A DNA stretch of 34,706 nucleotides from Octopus sinensis. Taxonomy: Eukaryota. The stretch lies in the NCBI RefSeq assembly GCF_006345805.1, contig NW_021833318.1, positions 1 through 34,706 on the forward strand, written 5' to 3'. A program made the position numbers and the translations under genes. Below are positions 1 through 9,633 of the stretch, in pieces. Numbering within the stretch: the first letter of the stretch is position 1; each line of letters opens with the position of its first letter. The notes beneath the pieces were generated by a model, which had not been told where the DNA came from, made no database searches, and worked only from the letters and a program-made list of their open reading frames with translations.

Positions 1-110
1 CTAAAAGATGAAAAGCAAATTGACCCCAGAGAGATTTGAACTTAGAACTTAAAGAACCGGAACGATTGCTGCAAACCATTTTTTCCCGACGCTCTAATGA
101 TTCCACCATT
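1..110 (-). mobile_element. Degenerate tRNA-derived SINE (family B), 5' part, cut by window edge
   Basis: Reverse complement (aatggtggaatcattagagcgtcggg...gttctaagttcaaatc...ggtcaatttgcttttcatc) aligns by eye to the intact family B copy at 16392-16624. Confidence 0.6.
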
Positions 111-134
111 AGAAATATAAGGATAAAATATAAG

Positions 135-515
135 GTAAAGTATACTAGCCATCTCAATATGGCTAACCATTAAGGGTGGGTGTTACTGTAGCTTTTAGCC
201 CCAGGAGATCACCGTCCCCAGCTGGCCTTAGGCACAATTTCTGTGCCCTTATGATACTTGCAAAGGGAGGTCACCCCTCTCTCGTAAACCTAAGTGATAC
301 GCACGGACTGCAGCTTCGTGGTATTTGCCTCTTGTCAACGTACGGTAATCACCGGTTTTCGATGAAGAGAGACCTGTTTGCGAATATCTATTTAATGTTT
401 TTCCCAGTAACCACTGTCACTGATTTCGAAAAACTGTCTGAAAGCAATAATAAATCTCTGAACGAGATGTAAACAGTAACCGCTCGACAACGTAAAGTAT
501 ACTAGCCATCTCAAT
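135..515. repeat. Segment bounded by an exact 24-bp direct repeat (GTAAAGTATACTAGCCATCTCAAT at 135-158 and 492-515)
   Basis: Exact repeat seen directly. The interior shares modules with 5435-5495 and 29509-29660. Confidence 0.75.
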
Positions 516-697
516 AAAATATAAGGGACATTGAAAATGTAAATCTGTGACTGGTCGTAAGTTTTGTATTGCAGTATTGCTTGGGTGGTCGAAGCAAGGA
601 TGATACGAGGTAATTTGACTCTTCGTGAAAGCAGTTAAAACGAATTTCCAAGTTCTTATGTCCATCGAAGCCAAGGAAATGCTGGAACTCTCCCTTT

Positions 698-930
698 TAC
701 TCTCTTTTTACTCTTTTACTTTTTTCAGTCATTTTTTACTGTGGCCATGCTGGAGCACCGCCTTTAGTCGAACAAATCGACCACAAGACTTATTCTTTGT
801 AAGCCTAGTACTTTGTTTCTATCAGTCATTTTTGCCGAACCGCTAAGTGACGGGGACGTAAACACACCAGCATCGGTTGTCAAGCGATGTTGGTGGGACA
901 AACACAACCACATAAACACAAACACACGCA
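698..930 (-). mobile_element. tRNA-derived SINE family A (CORE-like, OR2-type), 3' half
   Basis: Reverse complement of the ttagcggttcggcaaaa...ggcggtgctccagcatggccacagt...ctgaaa...gtaaaagag 3' module of the full copy at 1247-1650. Confidence 0.85.
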
Positions 931-1036
931 CACAATCCAAACAAGAAAACACAAAAAAACAAAAAAACACAACAACGCGAGGACGTGGAACAAATAAAGT
1001 ATTATTGGACGCTCGGGAAAGAAGGGAAGAAGGAGG

Positions 1037-1070
1037 GTTTAACGTTTCGAGCGGAGCTCTTCGTCGGAGA
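1037..1070 (-). ncRNA. Degenerate minimal hammerhead-like motif (Penelope-type relic)
   Basis: Minus strand CCGACGA-A-GAGC-tcc-GCTC-GAAACGTT-AAAC. Core is the U4C variant, stem II is 4 bp, stem III is the palindrome AACGTT, and stem I is broken in this copy. Confidence 0.35.
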
Positions 1071-1136
1071 AGAAAAGATCCCGAGAAGGGAAGACAGAGG
1101 AAAAATTCGCCAGCGTACTCACGAGGTCACATATTG

Positions 1137-1150
1137 ATATATATATATTA

Positions 1151-1185
<35 letters not shown>

Positions 1186-1246
1186 TATATATATATATAT
1201 AATATATTATCTATATATATATATATACTATATATATCTATATATA
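1137..1246. repeat. (TA)n microsatellite
   Basis: Direct. One of many (TA)n tracts (also about 3855-4300, 20320-20530, 20670-20890, 21350-21800, 22596-22835, 26030-26190, 26535-26760, 31066-31407, 33111-33605). Confidence 0.95.
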
Positions 1247-1650
1247 GGCGCAGGAGTGGCTGTGTGGTAAGTAGCTTGCTAACAAGCCTCATGGTTCCGG
1301 GTTCAGTCCCATTGCGTGGCATCTTGGGCAAGTGTCTTCTGCTATAGCCACGCGCCGAACAATGCCTTGTGAGTGATTGGTAGACGGAAACTGAAAGAAG
1401 CCTGTCGATATATGTATATATATATATATATGTATGTGTGTTGTGGTTCTGTGTTTGTCTCCCTAGCATGCTTGACAACCGATGCTGGTGTGGTTTACGT
1501 CTTCCGTCACTTAGCGGTTCGGCAAAAAGAGACCGATAGAATAAGTACTGGGCTACAAGAATAAGTCCCGGGGTCGATTGCTCGACTAAAGGCGGTGCTC
1601 CAGCATGGCCGCAGTCAAATGACTGAAACAAGTAAAAGAGAAAGAGAAAG
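1247..1650 (+). mobile_element. Full-length tRNA-derived SINE family A (CORE-like, OR2-type)
   Basis: Head GGCGCAGGAGTGGCTGTGTGGT (A box), GGTTCAGTCCC (B box), CORE-like CTTGGGCAAGTGTCTT, central (TA/TG)n, 3' GCAGTC-AAAT-GACTG hairpin and AAAAGAG tail. Confidence 0.9.
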
Positions 1651-1668
1651 ATATATATATATATATAT

Positions 1669-1701
1669 CTGTCGAAGAGCGTAGGCGCGAAACGTAAAAG
1701 A
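1669..1701 (+). ncRNA. Degenerate minimal hammerhead-like motif (Penelope-type relic)
   Basis: CTGTCGA-A-GAGC-gtag-GCGC-GAAAC-GT-A-AAAGA. Core has A6U, stem II has one mismatch, stem III is the ACGT palindrome, and the 5' arm of stem I is replaced by (AT)n. Confidence 0.3.
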
Positions 1702-1820
1702 TTTGTTCTATTTCTATTCCTGAGCGCCATACTAATACATTTGTTTGTTTGTACTCCACCTGCCTTTGTCTTTTGTTTATTTTCGTAAACCTTCCCGTTA
1801 TATATACATATATGCATATA

Positions 1821-1870
1821 TACGACGGGGTTCTTTCAGTTTCCGTCTACCAAATCCACTCACAAGGCTT
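1821..1870 (-). mobile_element. SINE family A internal fragment
   Basis: Reverse complement of aagccttgtgagtggatttggtagacggaaactgaaagaa. Confidence 0.8.
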
Positions 1871-2124
1871 ATGTGTCTGTATGTATGTGTAAATATATAC
1901 AAACATCTCTTAACCCAATGTATATACATACATATATAAACACATACATACATACATACATACATACATAAGCTTCTGAGCATCTTTTTAAAAAATGCAA
2001 ATTAGAAAATAGCAACAGAGAACAACCGAGACAGCAATAAGAACAGCGAAATTCAGCTTCCAAAGCACAGTCGATAGCAACTCTTGAAATAAAGATGCAA
2101 ATATTTTGTGGTGGGTATCAGTTT

Positions 2125-2255
2125 TGCAACCGTGTGGAGCCGAGTTCGACTCCACAGCGAAAAAGCTTGCACATACGTCTCCTATTATAGTTGCAGGCTG
2201 ACCAATATCTTGTGACCAGAATTATGTAGTCAGAAACTGCAGAAGACCCCCGGGT
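2125..2255 (+). mobile_element. Old, diverged SINE family A-like copy
   Basis: GAGTTCGACTCC B-box-like motif followed by decayed ctattatag...gaccaat..cttgtga...gaaactgcagaagaccc. Confidence 0.45.
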
Positions 2256-2324
2256 ACACACACACACACAAACACACACATACACACACAAACAAACAAA
2301 CACATACGCATACACACACATATA

Positions 2325-2955
2325 CAGGGTGCATAAGATATTTGAGGACAGATTTATGTTTATAGATAAAACAGATATATAATAACAGATATATAATAAC
2401 AGATAACTTTATTTATCAAAAAATGCTATGAGGATAAAAATGAATGAATTCTTTTCTTTAATGTTATTCAATAAAGCCACCTTCATCTTCAACAACTGCT
2501 TCTATATGAGATCTAAATCATCTACAAGCTTGAATCAAGTGGTCCTGGTTCATTTTGGACATTACTCTGACTATGGCAGCTTTCAAAGTTGCTTTGGTGT
2601 TATAAGCATGTTCTTTGATCTCTCTCTCTCAACAACGCTCCACATGTAATAATCCGATGGATTGAGATCTGGGGAATTAGGAGGCCAAATGTTAGGGGTT
2701 GTCTGATCGTGAAAATTTTCAATCATCCATTCCTGAGTTACTAGAGCCATGTGTGATAGTGAAAAGACTTACTGAAACACATATGGCTTTCCATGGCATA
2801 CACTCTCTATCCAGGGCTTAACAATTATTTCCAAGACCTCAATGTAGACGGCAAAGTTAACTCTAAGGCCTTGTGGAAAGAAGTAAGGAGGCATCATATG
2901 TCCTTCATTGCTGACAACCCCTAAAACCATGTCAGTCGCAGGAAATTTTGGAAAC
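2325..2955 (-). mobile_element. Tc1/mariner superfamily DD37D (maT-type) transposon, 3' part with one TIR
   Basis: Minus-strand translation KFPATDMVLGVVSNEGHMMPPYFFPQGLRVN...WPPNSPDLNPSDYYMWSVVE...EDEGGFIE*. There are 37 residues between the (decayed) second Asp position and the third Asp. TA|CAGGGTG terminus at 2323-2331. Contains stops and frameshifts. Confidence 0.85.
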
Positions 2956-3006
2956 TTGCCTCTCTACTCTCACTTTCCTTTTCATTGATACTTGAAGAAG
3001 CTGATG

Positions 3007-3007
<1 letters not shown>

Positions 3008-3045
<38 letters not shown>

Positions 3046-3055
3046 AGATAGATAG

Positions 3056-3088
<33 letters not shown>

Positions 3089-3240
3089 GGATAGATGGAT
3101 GGATGGAGGATGGATGGATGGATGGATTTGGGTGATATATATATAGAATATAGATAGATAGATAAGATATATATATAGATAGATAGATATAGATAGATTA
3201 GATAGATAATAGGTAGATAGATGGATGGATAGATAGATAA
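3008..3240. repeat. (ATAG)n/(ATGG)n microsatellite
   Basis: Direct. Confidence 0.95.
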
Positions 3241-3891
3241 GTTTCTTTTTTGGCCACACAGGGCTGCACACAGATGGGACAAGTTACAAGGTAGAGCTTT
3301 TCTTTGGGGAGAAAAAAAAAAGTGGCGTAGATTTTCGATCAAAAGGGATCGTAAAAGGGAAAAAAGAACAAAAAAAAGAAAAAAAGAAAAAAAAAAGAAA
3401 GAGAAAAAAAAAAACAGAAAAAAGGAAAGGAAAAAAAGAAAAGGTGAAAAAGAAAATAAAAAGAAAAAGAGAAAGAGGAAAAAAGGGGGAGGGGAAAAAA
3501 AGGATAGATAGATAAAGAGGGAGAGTGAGAGAGACGGAATGGTCTTTGTTATTCCCGTTATTTTTGTTTTAATTCAAAAATAATTGGTAATTGTTACGTA
3601 TGTTCTTTCTCGTTTAGTGCATGGCATCGTTGCTGATAATGCTGCTGTTGTTGTTGTTGGCGATGCAGATGCTACTGTTGTCGTAGCTGTTGTTGTTGTT
3701 CTTGCTGCTGTTGTGTAATTTACACGTTTTGTTTAATTAGTTAATCCAGAGACAGGTGAGTCAGCACTTCATCTCAAGTTCTCAACAACTTTCATTGTTG
3801 TTCTGAATATGTGTACTCCCTTATCTGCAAATCATTATATAAAATACACATAATAATATATATACATATATATAAATATATATATATATAT

Positions 3892-3934
<43 letters not shown>

Positions 3935-4109
3935 TATACACATATATACATATATACATATATATACTATATATATATATACACGTATGTAAGTGAGATA
4001 CATACAGATATATATATATTATATGTGTATATTATGTGTGTGTGTGTGTGTGTGTGGTGTGTGTGTGTGTGTGTGTAGATATAATATATAGTATACATAT
4101 ATATATATA

Positions 4110-4149
<40 letters not shown>

Positions 4150-4431
4150 AATACATATGTGTATATGTATATATGATACATTATATTATGCATGCATACC
4201 TATATATATATTAAACATATATACATACATACATATATAATAATATATATATGTATGTATATTGGGTTAAGAGGTGTTTGTATATATTTACACCTACACA
4301 CAGACACATATCTACGTGTGTACACATATTTACATATATGTGTGAGTGTGTATAAATATGAATGTATTACATAGTATACATGAGTCTGTGCAGTGTGGGC
4401 GTGTGTGCCTGGTTGTGTGTGTATGTGCGTA

Positions 4432-4435
<4 letters not shown>

Positions 4436-4502
<67 letters not shown>
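4436..4502. repeat. (GT)n microsatellite
   Basis: Direct. Confidence 0.95.
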
Positions 4503-4503
<1 letters not shown>

Positions 4504-4945
4504 ATACTGGAAGAGTTGAAACACCTGCAATCTCAAGAGGACGACAACACAAACAATCAAATATTTTGCAGCGAAGACGTTCATTTTTCAGAAATTTATC
4601 CTTTCTCTTTGTTTCTGTATTTCTTCTTGTTTTATCCCGACTGCAAGCTGTTGTTTAACCCCAGGTCACCTATTACTGAGAAAGTCCATGATCAAAAGTC
4701 ATTCTAGTCATAACCGTTGCTTCTTCTCGCGCGTACTTGGGTCGATCTAATTGACTGCTCCCCCCCTCTCTCTCAAAATTTCGAGCCTTGTGCCTAGAGT
4801 AGAAGAGAATGAAGCCCACTTTGAAATTATGCGGTTTCGGGGTCAGTTCCACAGTGCAACGTCTTAGATAACTGATTTCTGCTATAGCTCCGGACAGACC
4901 AATGGCTTGTGAGGGAATTTGGTAGACGGAAACTGTGCAGAAGCC

Positions 4946-5335
4946 TGGCTGTGTTGTAAGTAGCTTGCTAACCAACCACATGGTCCGGGTTCAGTCCACT
5001 GCGTGGATCTTGGGCAAGTGTCTTCTGCTATAGCCCCGGGCCGACCAATGCCTTGTGAGTGGATTTGGTAGACGGAAACTGAAAGAAACCTGTCGTATAT
5101 ATGTTATATATATTGTATGTGTGTGTGTGGTTTGTGTGTCTGTGTTTGCCCCCTAGCATTGCTAGACAACCGATGCTGGTGTGTTTACGTCCCCGTCACT
5201 TAGCGGTTCGGCAAAAGAGCCAATAGATAAGTACTGGGCTACAAAGAATAAGTCCCGGGGTCGATTTGCTCGACTAAAGGTAGTGCTCCAGCATGGCCGC
5301 AGTCAAATGACTGAAACAAGTAAGAGAATAAAAGT
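4946..5335 (+). mobile_element. tRNA-derived SINE family A, near full length
   Basis: Same modules as 1247-1650. It is preceded by an older, diverged family A-like 5' part (about 4815-4945). Confidence 0.9.
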
Positions 5336-5370
5336 ATTATATATAGATATATATTTATATATATATATAT

Positions 5371-6083
5371 CTAGCAGTATCGCCGGCGTTGGCTCGGGTT
5401 GGTAAGGGAAATAACTATATAAGCATTTTTAGAGATTTAAAGTATATAGCCATCTCATATGGCTAACCATAAAGTGGGGTGTTACTGTAGCTTTTTACGT
5501 TCTGAGATTTAATAATACATTTTAGAGAGTTACTTCTTCCCTTATATATGTCAAAAATGCATTAAAATGGGAAAAAATGATGGTAATTTTTTTTTTCAAA
5601 TCGTTTGACTCATCGTAGACATTTTTAGAGAGTTAACTACTACTTCCCTTATATAATAGCGAAAAAAGGCATTAAAATGGAAAAAAATGATGGTAAATTT
5701 TTTTTCAAATCGTTGACTCATCGTAGACATTTTTAGAGAGTTACTTCTTCCCTTATATAATAGCGAAAAAAATGCATTAAAATGGAAAAAAATGATGGTA
5801 AATTTTTTTAAAAAATCGTTGACTCATCGTAGACATTTTTAGAGAGTTACTTCCCTTATAATAGCGAAAAAAATTCATTAAATGGAAAAAAATGATGGTA
5901 AATTTTTTTTTTAAATCGTATACTCATCGTAGACGCGCGCGCTAATACCCAGAAGGTCTCGATATGAATCACGACTATAAGATACCCGGTTTTGGTTAAA
6001 CTGCACCGCAAAATGTGGGAGTAGTTAGGAATCTAAATCGTAGGAGACAGACAGCACACAACCTCACTTTTATATATATAGAT
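5371..6083 (+). mobile_element. Non-autonomous Helitron-like element carrying an internal tandem array
   Basis: 5' CTAGCAGTATCGCCGGCGTTGGCTCGGG and 3' ...AGACAGACAGCACACAACCTCACTTTTATATATATAGAT resemble the termini of Lep1-type non-autonomous Helitrons (recalled similarity). No coding capacity. Confidence 0.45.
5518..5933. repeat. Minisatellite, 4 copies of a 100-108 bp unit
   Basis: Units start at 5518, 5620, 5728 and 5834 (cattttt-agagagttac...gactcatcgtaga). Confidence 0.95.
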
Positions 6084-6119
6084 ATGCATGTGTGGGTATC
6101 TGTGAATGTGCATATGTGT

Positions 6120-6350
6120 GTTTGTGCTTGTGTTTGCCCCCACCACCACCACCACCACCACGACCTCACATTTGTGTTGGTTTGTTTACGTCCTCGTAGC
6201 TTCAAGGTTTGACATAAAAAGGTGCAAGGACGTGAGAATAACACCAGACTTTAAAATGAGTACTGGGGTGGATTTTTTTTTGCTTCATTTACACTCTCAA
6301 CGCGGTACCCTAGGGTGGCCACAGTCAAATGACTGAAACCACTAAGAGAT
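6120..6350 (+). mobile_element. Diverged SINE 3' half related to family A
   Basis: tttgtttacgtcctcgtagctt...gagtactggggtggatt...ggccacagtcaaatgactgaaac. Confidence 0.6.
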
Positions 6351-6809
6351 AACACACACACACACACCACACACGCACACACCCACACACACATACACAC
6401 ACGCGCGCACACACGCACACATATACTTATATATGCATATATGTACATATATGCATGTATGTGTATATGTATGTTTATACAGACATACATGCATGCATAC
6501 AGACATACACACATACAGACATATCTACAAATAGACATACATAACTACATAAATGCATACATATTTATATACACACATATACATGCATACATACACGTGT
6601 ATATTTGTATGTATGTACGTATGTACACACATACGTTCCTATGTATGTATTAATGCGTGGATATGTCATTGTTCAGTTTTATTTCAAGATATCTTGCCAA
6701 TAGAGAAAGAGCTGGTTTCGAACCCAGATCCAAGGCTCCTTCATTGGAATTTCAAAAACATCAGCAGGGTATTTTTGTATGTATGTATGTATATACGCTT
6801 TTTCTCCTT

Positions 6810-7243
6810 TACTCTTTTACTTGTTTCAGTCATTTGACTGTGGCCATGCTGGTGCACCGCCTTTTAGTCGAGCAGATCGACCCCAGGACTCTTTGTAAGC
6901 CTAGTACTTATTCTATCAGTCTCTTTTGCCGAACCGCTAAGTTACGGGGACGCAAACACACCAGCATCGGTTGTCAAGCGATGTTGGGGGGACAAACACA
7001 TAAAAACACACATATATATACATACACATATATATATACATATGCATAAACACACACATATATATACATATACATATATACGACGGGCTTCTTTCACTTT
7101 CCCTCTACCAAATCCACTCACAAGGCTTTCGTCGGCCTGAGGCTATAGTAGAAGACACTTGCCCAAGGTGCCACGCAGTGTGAATGAACCCGTAACCATG
7201 TGGTTTGTTAGCAAGCTACTTACCACACAGCCACTCCCACGTC
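6810..7243 (-). mobile_element. Full-length SINE family A
   Basis: Reverse complement of the 1247-1650 structure, including the head (gacgtgggagtggctgtgtggtaagtagcttgc). Confidence 0.9.
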
Positions 7244-7322
7244 TATGTACAGATTTGTATGTTTTGTTTTATATATGCATTGTCATGCGTATAGTTGCAT
7301 ATCTAGACATTCACATGCATAT

Positions 7323-8400
7323 TTAAAGGATAAACTTCAGTAAAATTTTACAGAATTTTACAGTTCCACTGATGGACTGGATCTGTAGTCTTTGAATCAG
7401 CTTTCTCCTTTCCGGTTTTGAGAAGCCTAATTCCTCAACATTGGTATTTAGGCAGCGTGTTGCATATCCCAGGGCCTCAATAATTACAGGTATAAGCCTG
7501 AACTTGTAATCTGGGTAGAGTAACTGCAGATTTCTCAATAGTTCGGCGTAGGTATTCTTTTTTTTCGTTGATCTTCAGTTTTATGTTAAACATTACGTTA
7601 ATTTCCTCAACTGCGCACAATTTCTATTCTCTATCCCAAATCATTATGTCAGGTCTGTTGTGCTTACATTTTACTGAGGTCTTCACTGGGACATTCCACC
7701 AGTATTCCTTTTTATTATGAGTGGCTATGGCTTCTACCATATTGTGAGTTTTTATTTCTTTGTCCTCGGGGCTCTCCTTCCGATGGATTTCATTATAAAG
7801 TGTCCTAGCCAAAACATCATGTCTCATCAGTAGATAAACCGCGATGACATTTTCGGACAACTGTTTATGATGTGGTTGATATCTTCGTTGTTAACCCCAT
7901 AAAGTTAGCATTGGTTGTCACATTTTACTGCTTTTCCTGCATCTCTATCCCTTTTGTGCATCAGGTACTTAGTTGATGTTTCCTGTTTCTGGATTGCAAA
8001 CGCATAACCTTCAAAGTGGAAGGTAGTAATCCGGCTGCTTTGATGATCGATGTTACTATCATCACAGAGCTTTCTACTAAGATATCCATGCATAATCTTC
8101 TGCTCATATAGTCTCATCCTTTCACCTGATGATACATTGTGGTTGAGTCGTGCGACTTCTTTGGGCATGTATTCTAGGTTATCAGACAAAGAGTGTTGCT
8201 CAAGGAACTGCCTTCCAAGTCTTATGATGTTATCAGCCTCATGTATACAAACTTGGTCAAGGTATGTACTTGGACACTTGGTGGTTAAGAGATGTTGCCG
8301 GAGGGATATGATACGATATTGAAAGGCATTTTGGATTGATGTTAAGCCTCTGTCGCCTTGTTTTCGTTTTAGGTAAAGGCAGTCTATGTCACTGTTTGTT
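7323..8400 (-). pseudogene. 5'-truncated R4/Dong-type (RLE) non-LTR retrotransposon: RT C-terminus, decayed CCHC knuckle, restriction-like endonuclease
   Basis: Minus-strand motifs LYLKRKQGDRGLTSI, MHGYLSR, EGYAFAIQKQE, NEDINHIINSC, RHDVLA, KHNRPDIMIWD, LYPDY...IPVIIEALG, broken by stops and frameshifts. Confidence 0.9.
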
Positions 8401-8402
8401 TG

Positions 8403-8467
8403 TTGTATGTATGTATGTATGTATGTATGTATGTATGTATGTATTATGTATGATGTATGTATGTATG
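8403..8467. repeat. (TATG)n tract upstream of the RTE fragment
   Basis: Direct. Confidence 0.95.
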
Positions 8468-9080
8468 TATAAGGACTTGCTGAAGGCTTCCTTAAGAGAT
8501 GCTTGCATCTCTCCTGACACATGGGAAGGCATAGCTATTGATTGTAGCAGGTGGAGAAGGATTGTGCACGAAGGGACAGCCACTTTTGAGAAACCTCGAG
8601 TTGCACATGAGAAAGTAAGGAGGGATGTCAGGAAGGGCATCGCTGTTACACTTCCAGATGGGAAGGGTTTTCCTATGATGCTGACATGCAGTGTCTGTAC
8701 AAGACCCTGCTTCAGTAAAGCTGGACTCAAGAGTCATCTTCGTAGTCATAAAGCGAGACAGATGAGTGACAACCTGGCCACTGGTGGTGGTGTAACACAC
8801 CATACTAATCATATCTGTCGGGCATGTGGAAGTGAGTGTAATTCGGCAGGAGGACTTAAACGACATGCAAAGGTACATGAGGCCCAGTTACAACTACAGC
8901 CGGTTATTACCGGTAAAGGTTTTAGTTGCCAATTCTGTACAAGACATTGTAGATCTTTAGCTGGGCTCAAAAGTCACATACGATCACCGCACCAGTAACA
9001 GTTAAGCTGCGTGCAATGGCCATACTCGATAACGAGGGGGCAACCATAATAATAATGTATGTATGTATGTATGTATGTAT
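8468..9080 (+). mobile_element. 5'-truncated RTE-clade LINE: ORF C-terminus (8468-8998) with three C2H2 zinc fingers, 3' UTR and (AAT)/(ATGT)n tail
   Basis: YKDLLKASL...ISPDTWEGIAIDCSRWRRIVHEG..FE is the typical RTE post-RT region. Fingers at 8687-8749, 8816-8878 and 8927-8992. Stop TAA at 8996-8998. The frame is uninterrupted. Confidence 0.85.
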
Positions 9081-9633
9081 ACCAGGTCACTTTCGAGTGC
9101 TACTGGTAACATGTAACCCAGTACAACCTGTTACATGGTCGGGTCGTCGGCGACTAAACCGGCAACCCCAGCAAGCTTGCTTGGTGAGGAGGGTGTTTAT
9201 TGGTCACCCTGCAGGGTGAAAAACAAAACCCGTCAAAGGGCGGAGGAACTCTTGATAGTCAACGGCCATCCAATAAATGTCCTAAGGCTGTATCATGCGC
9301 GGGGACATAGAAATAATCGGTCTGAATACCCGACCGCGCGGTTAAACCATTGGGAGTGAAGGACTCCTAGCCTTTGTTAGGGCATCCTTCTAGGAAACGG
9401 TAACTCAGGTAACTGGGATAACTCCGATATAAAACCTGCGGCTCAGTGGTTACCGATGATGTTGACTTGTTCTTCTTTTCGGATTATGGCTGCTGTTGCT
9501 TAGTGAGTGGGATTGACTCAGTGCACAGCCTTTCCTCACTTTAAAAGAAATCTTCTTGCACAGGCATTGCACGATAACAACATTGATTAAGGTTCGTGCA
9601 ATGGCCATACTCGATAACGAGGGGACAACCACC
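9081..9633 (+). mobile_element. Short internally deleted RTE derivative (RTE 5' UTR-like body joined to the RTE 3' end)
   Basis: 9587-9631 matches the RTE 3' end at 9002-9046 (42/45 nt) and is followed by the same (ATGT)n tail. The body is non-coding and has RTE 5' UTR-like motifs (ggcaacccc, gggcatccttctaggaaacggtaactc...aaacc). Confidence 0.6.

Noticed and set aside
1247-1320. tRNA genes suggested by A/B boxes (also 15782, 16392, 17919, 27880)
   Set aside because: These are SINE heads. They continue into SINE bodies and form no cloverleaf.
3620-3690. Signal-peptide-like mini-ORF MASLLIMLLLLLLAMQMLLLS*
   Set aside because: It stops after 21 codons and derives from (GTT/GCT)n low-complexity sequence.
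5518-5933. CRISPR-like array
   Set aside because: Contiguous ~104-bp tandem units without unique spacers, in a eukaryotic context.
6704-6753. Minus-strand hammerhead-like layout CCAATGAA...GAAACCAGCT
   Set aside because: Two core substitutions, weak stem II and no palindrome or clean stem I in this copy; too degenerate to call.
8336-8998. The 220-aa ORF as a host C2H2 zinc-finger gene
   Set aside because: The start lies in antisense Dong sequence and (TATG)n. The fingers are preceded by RTE post-RT motifs and followed by a retroposon tail, and TGEKP linkers are absent.
9081-9170. HDV-like ribozyme in the RTE-derived 5' region
   Set aside because: A partial fit exists (CAGGT/ACCTG, CAC-TTTCGA-GTG) and RTEs are known to carry such ribozymes. 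However, there is no P1 5' strand and the J4/2 segment is non-canonical, so a complete fold could not be built by eye.
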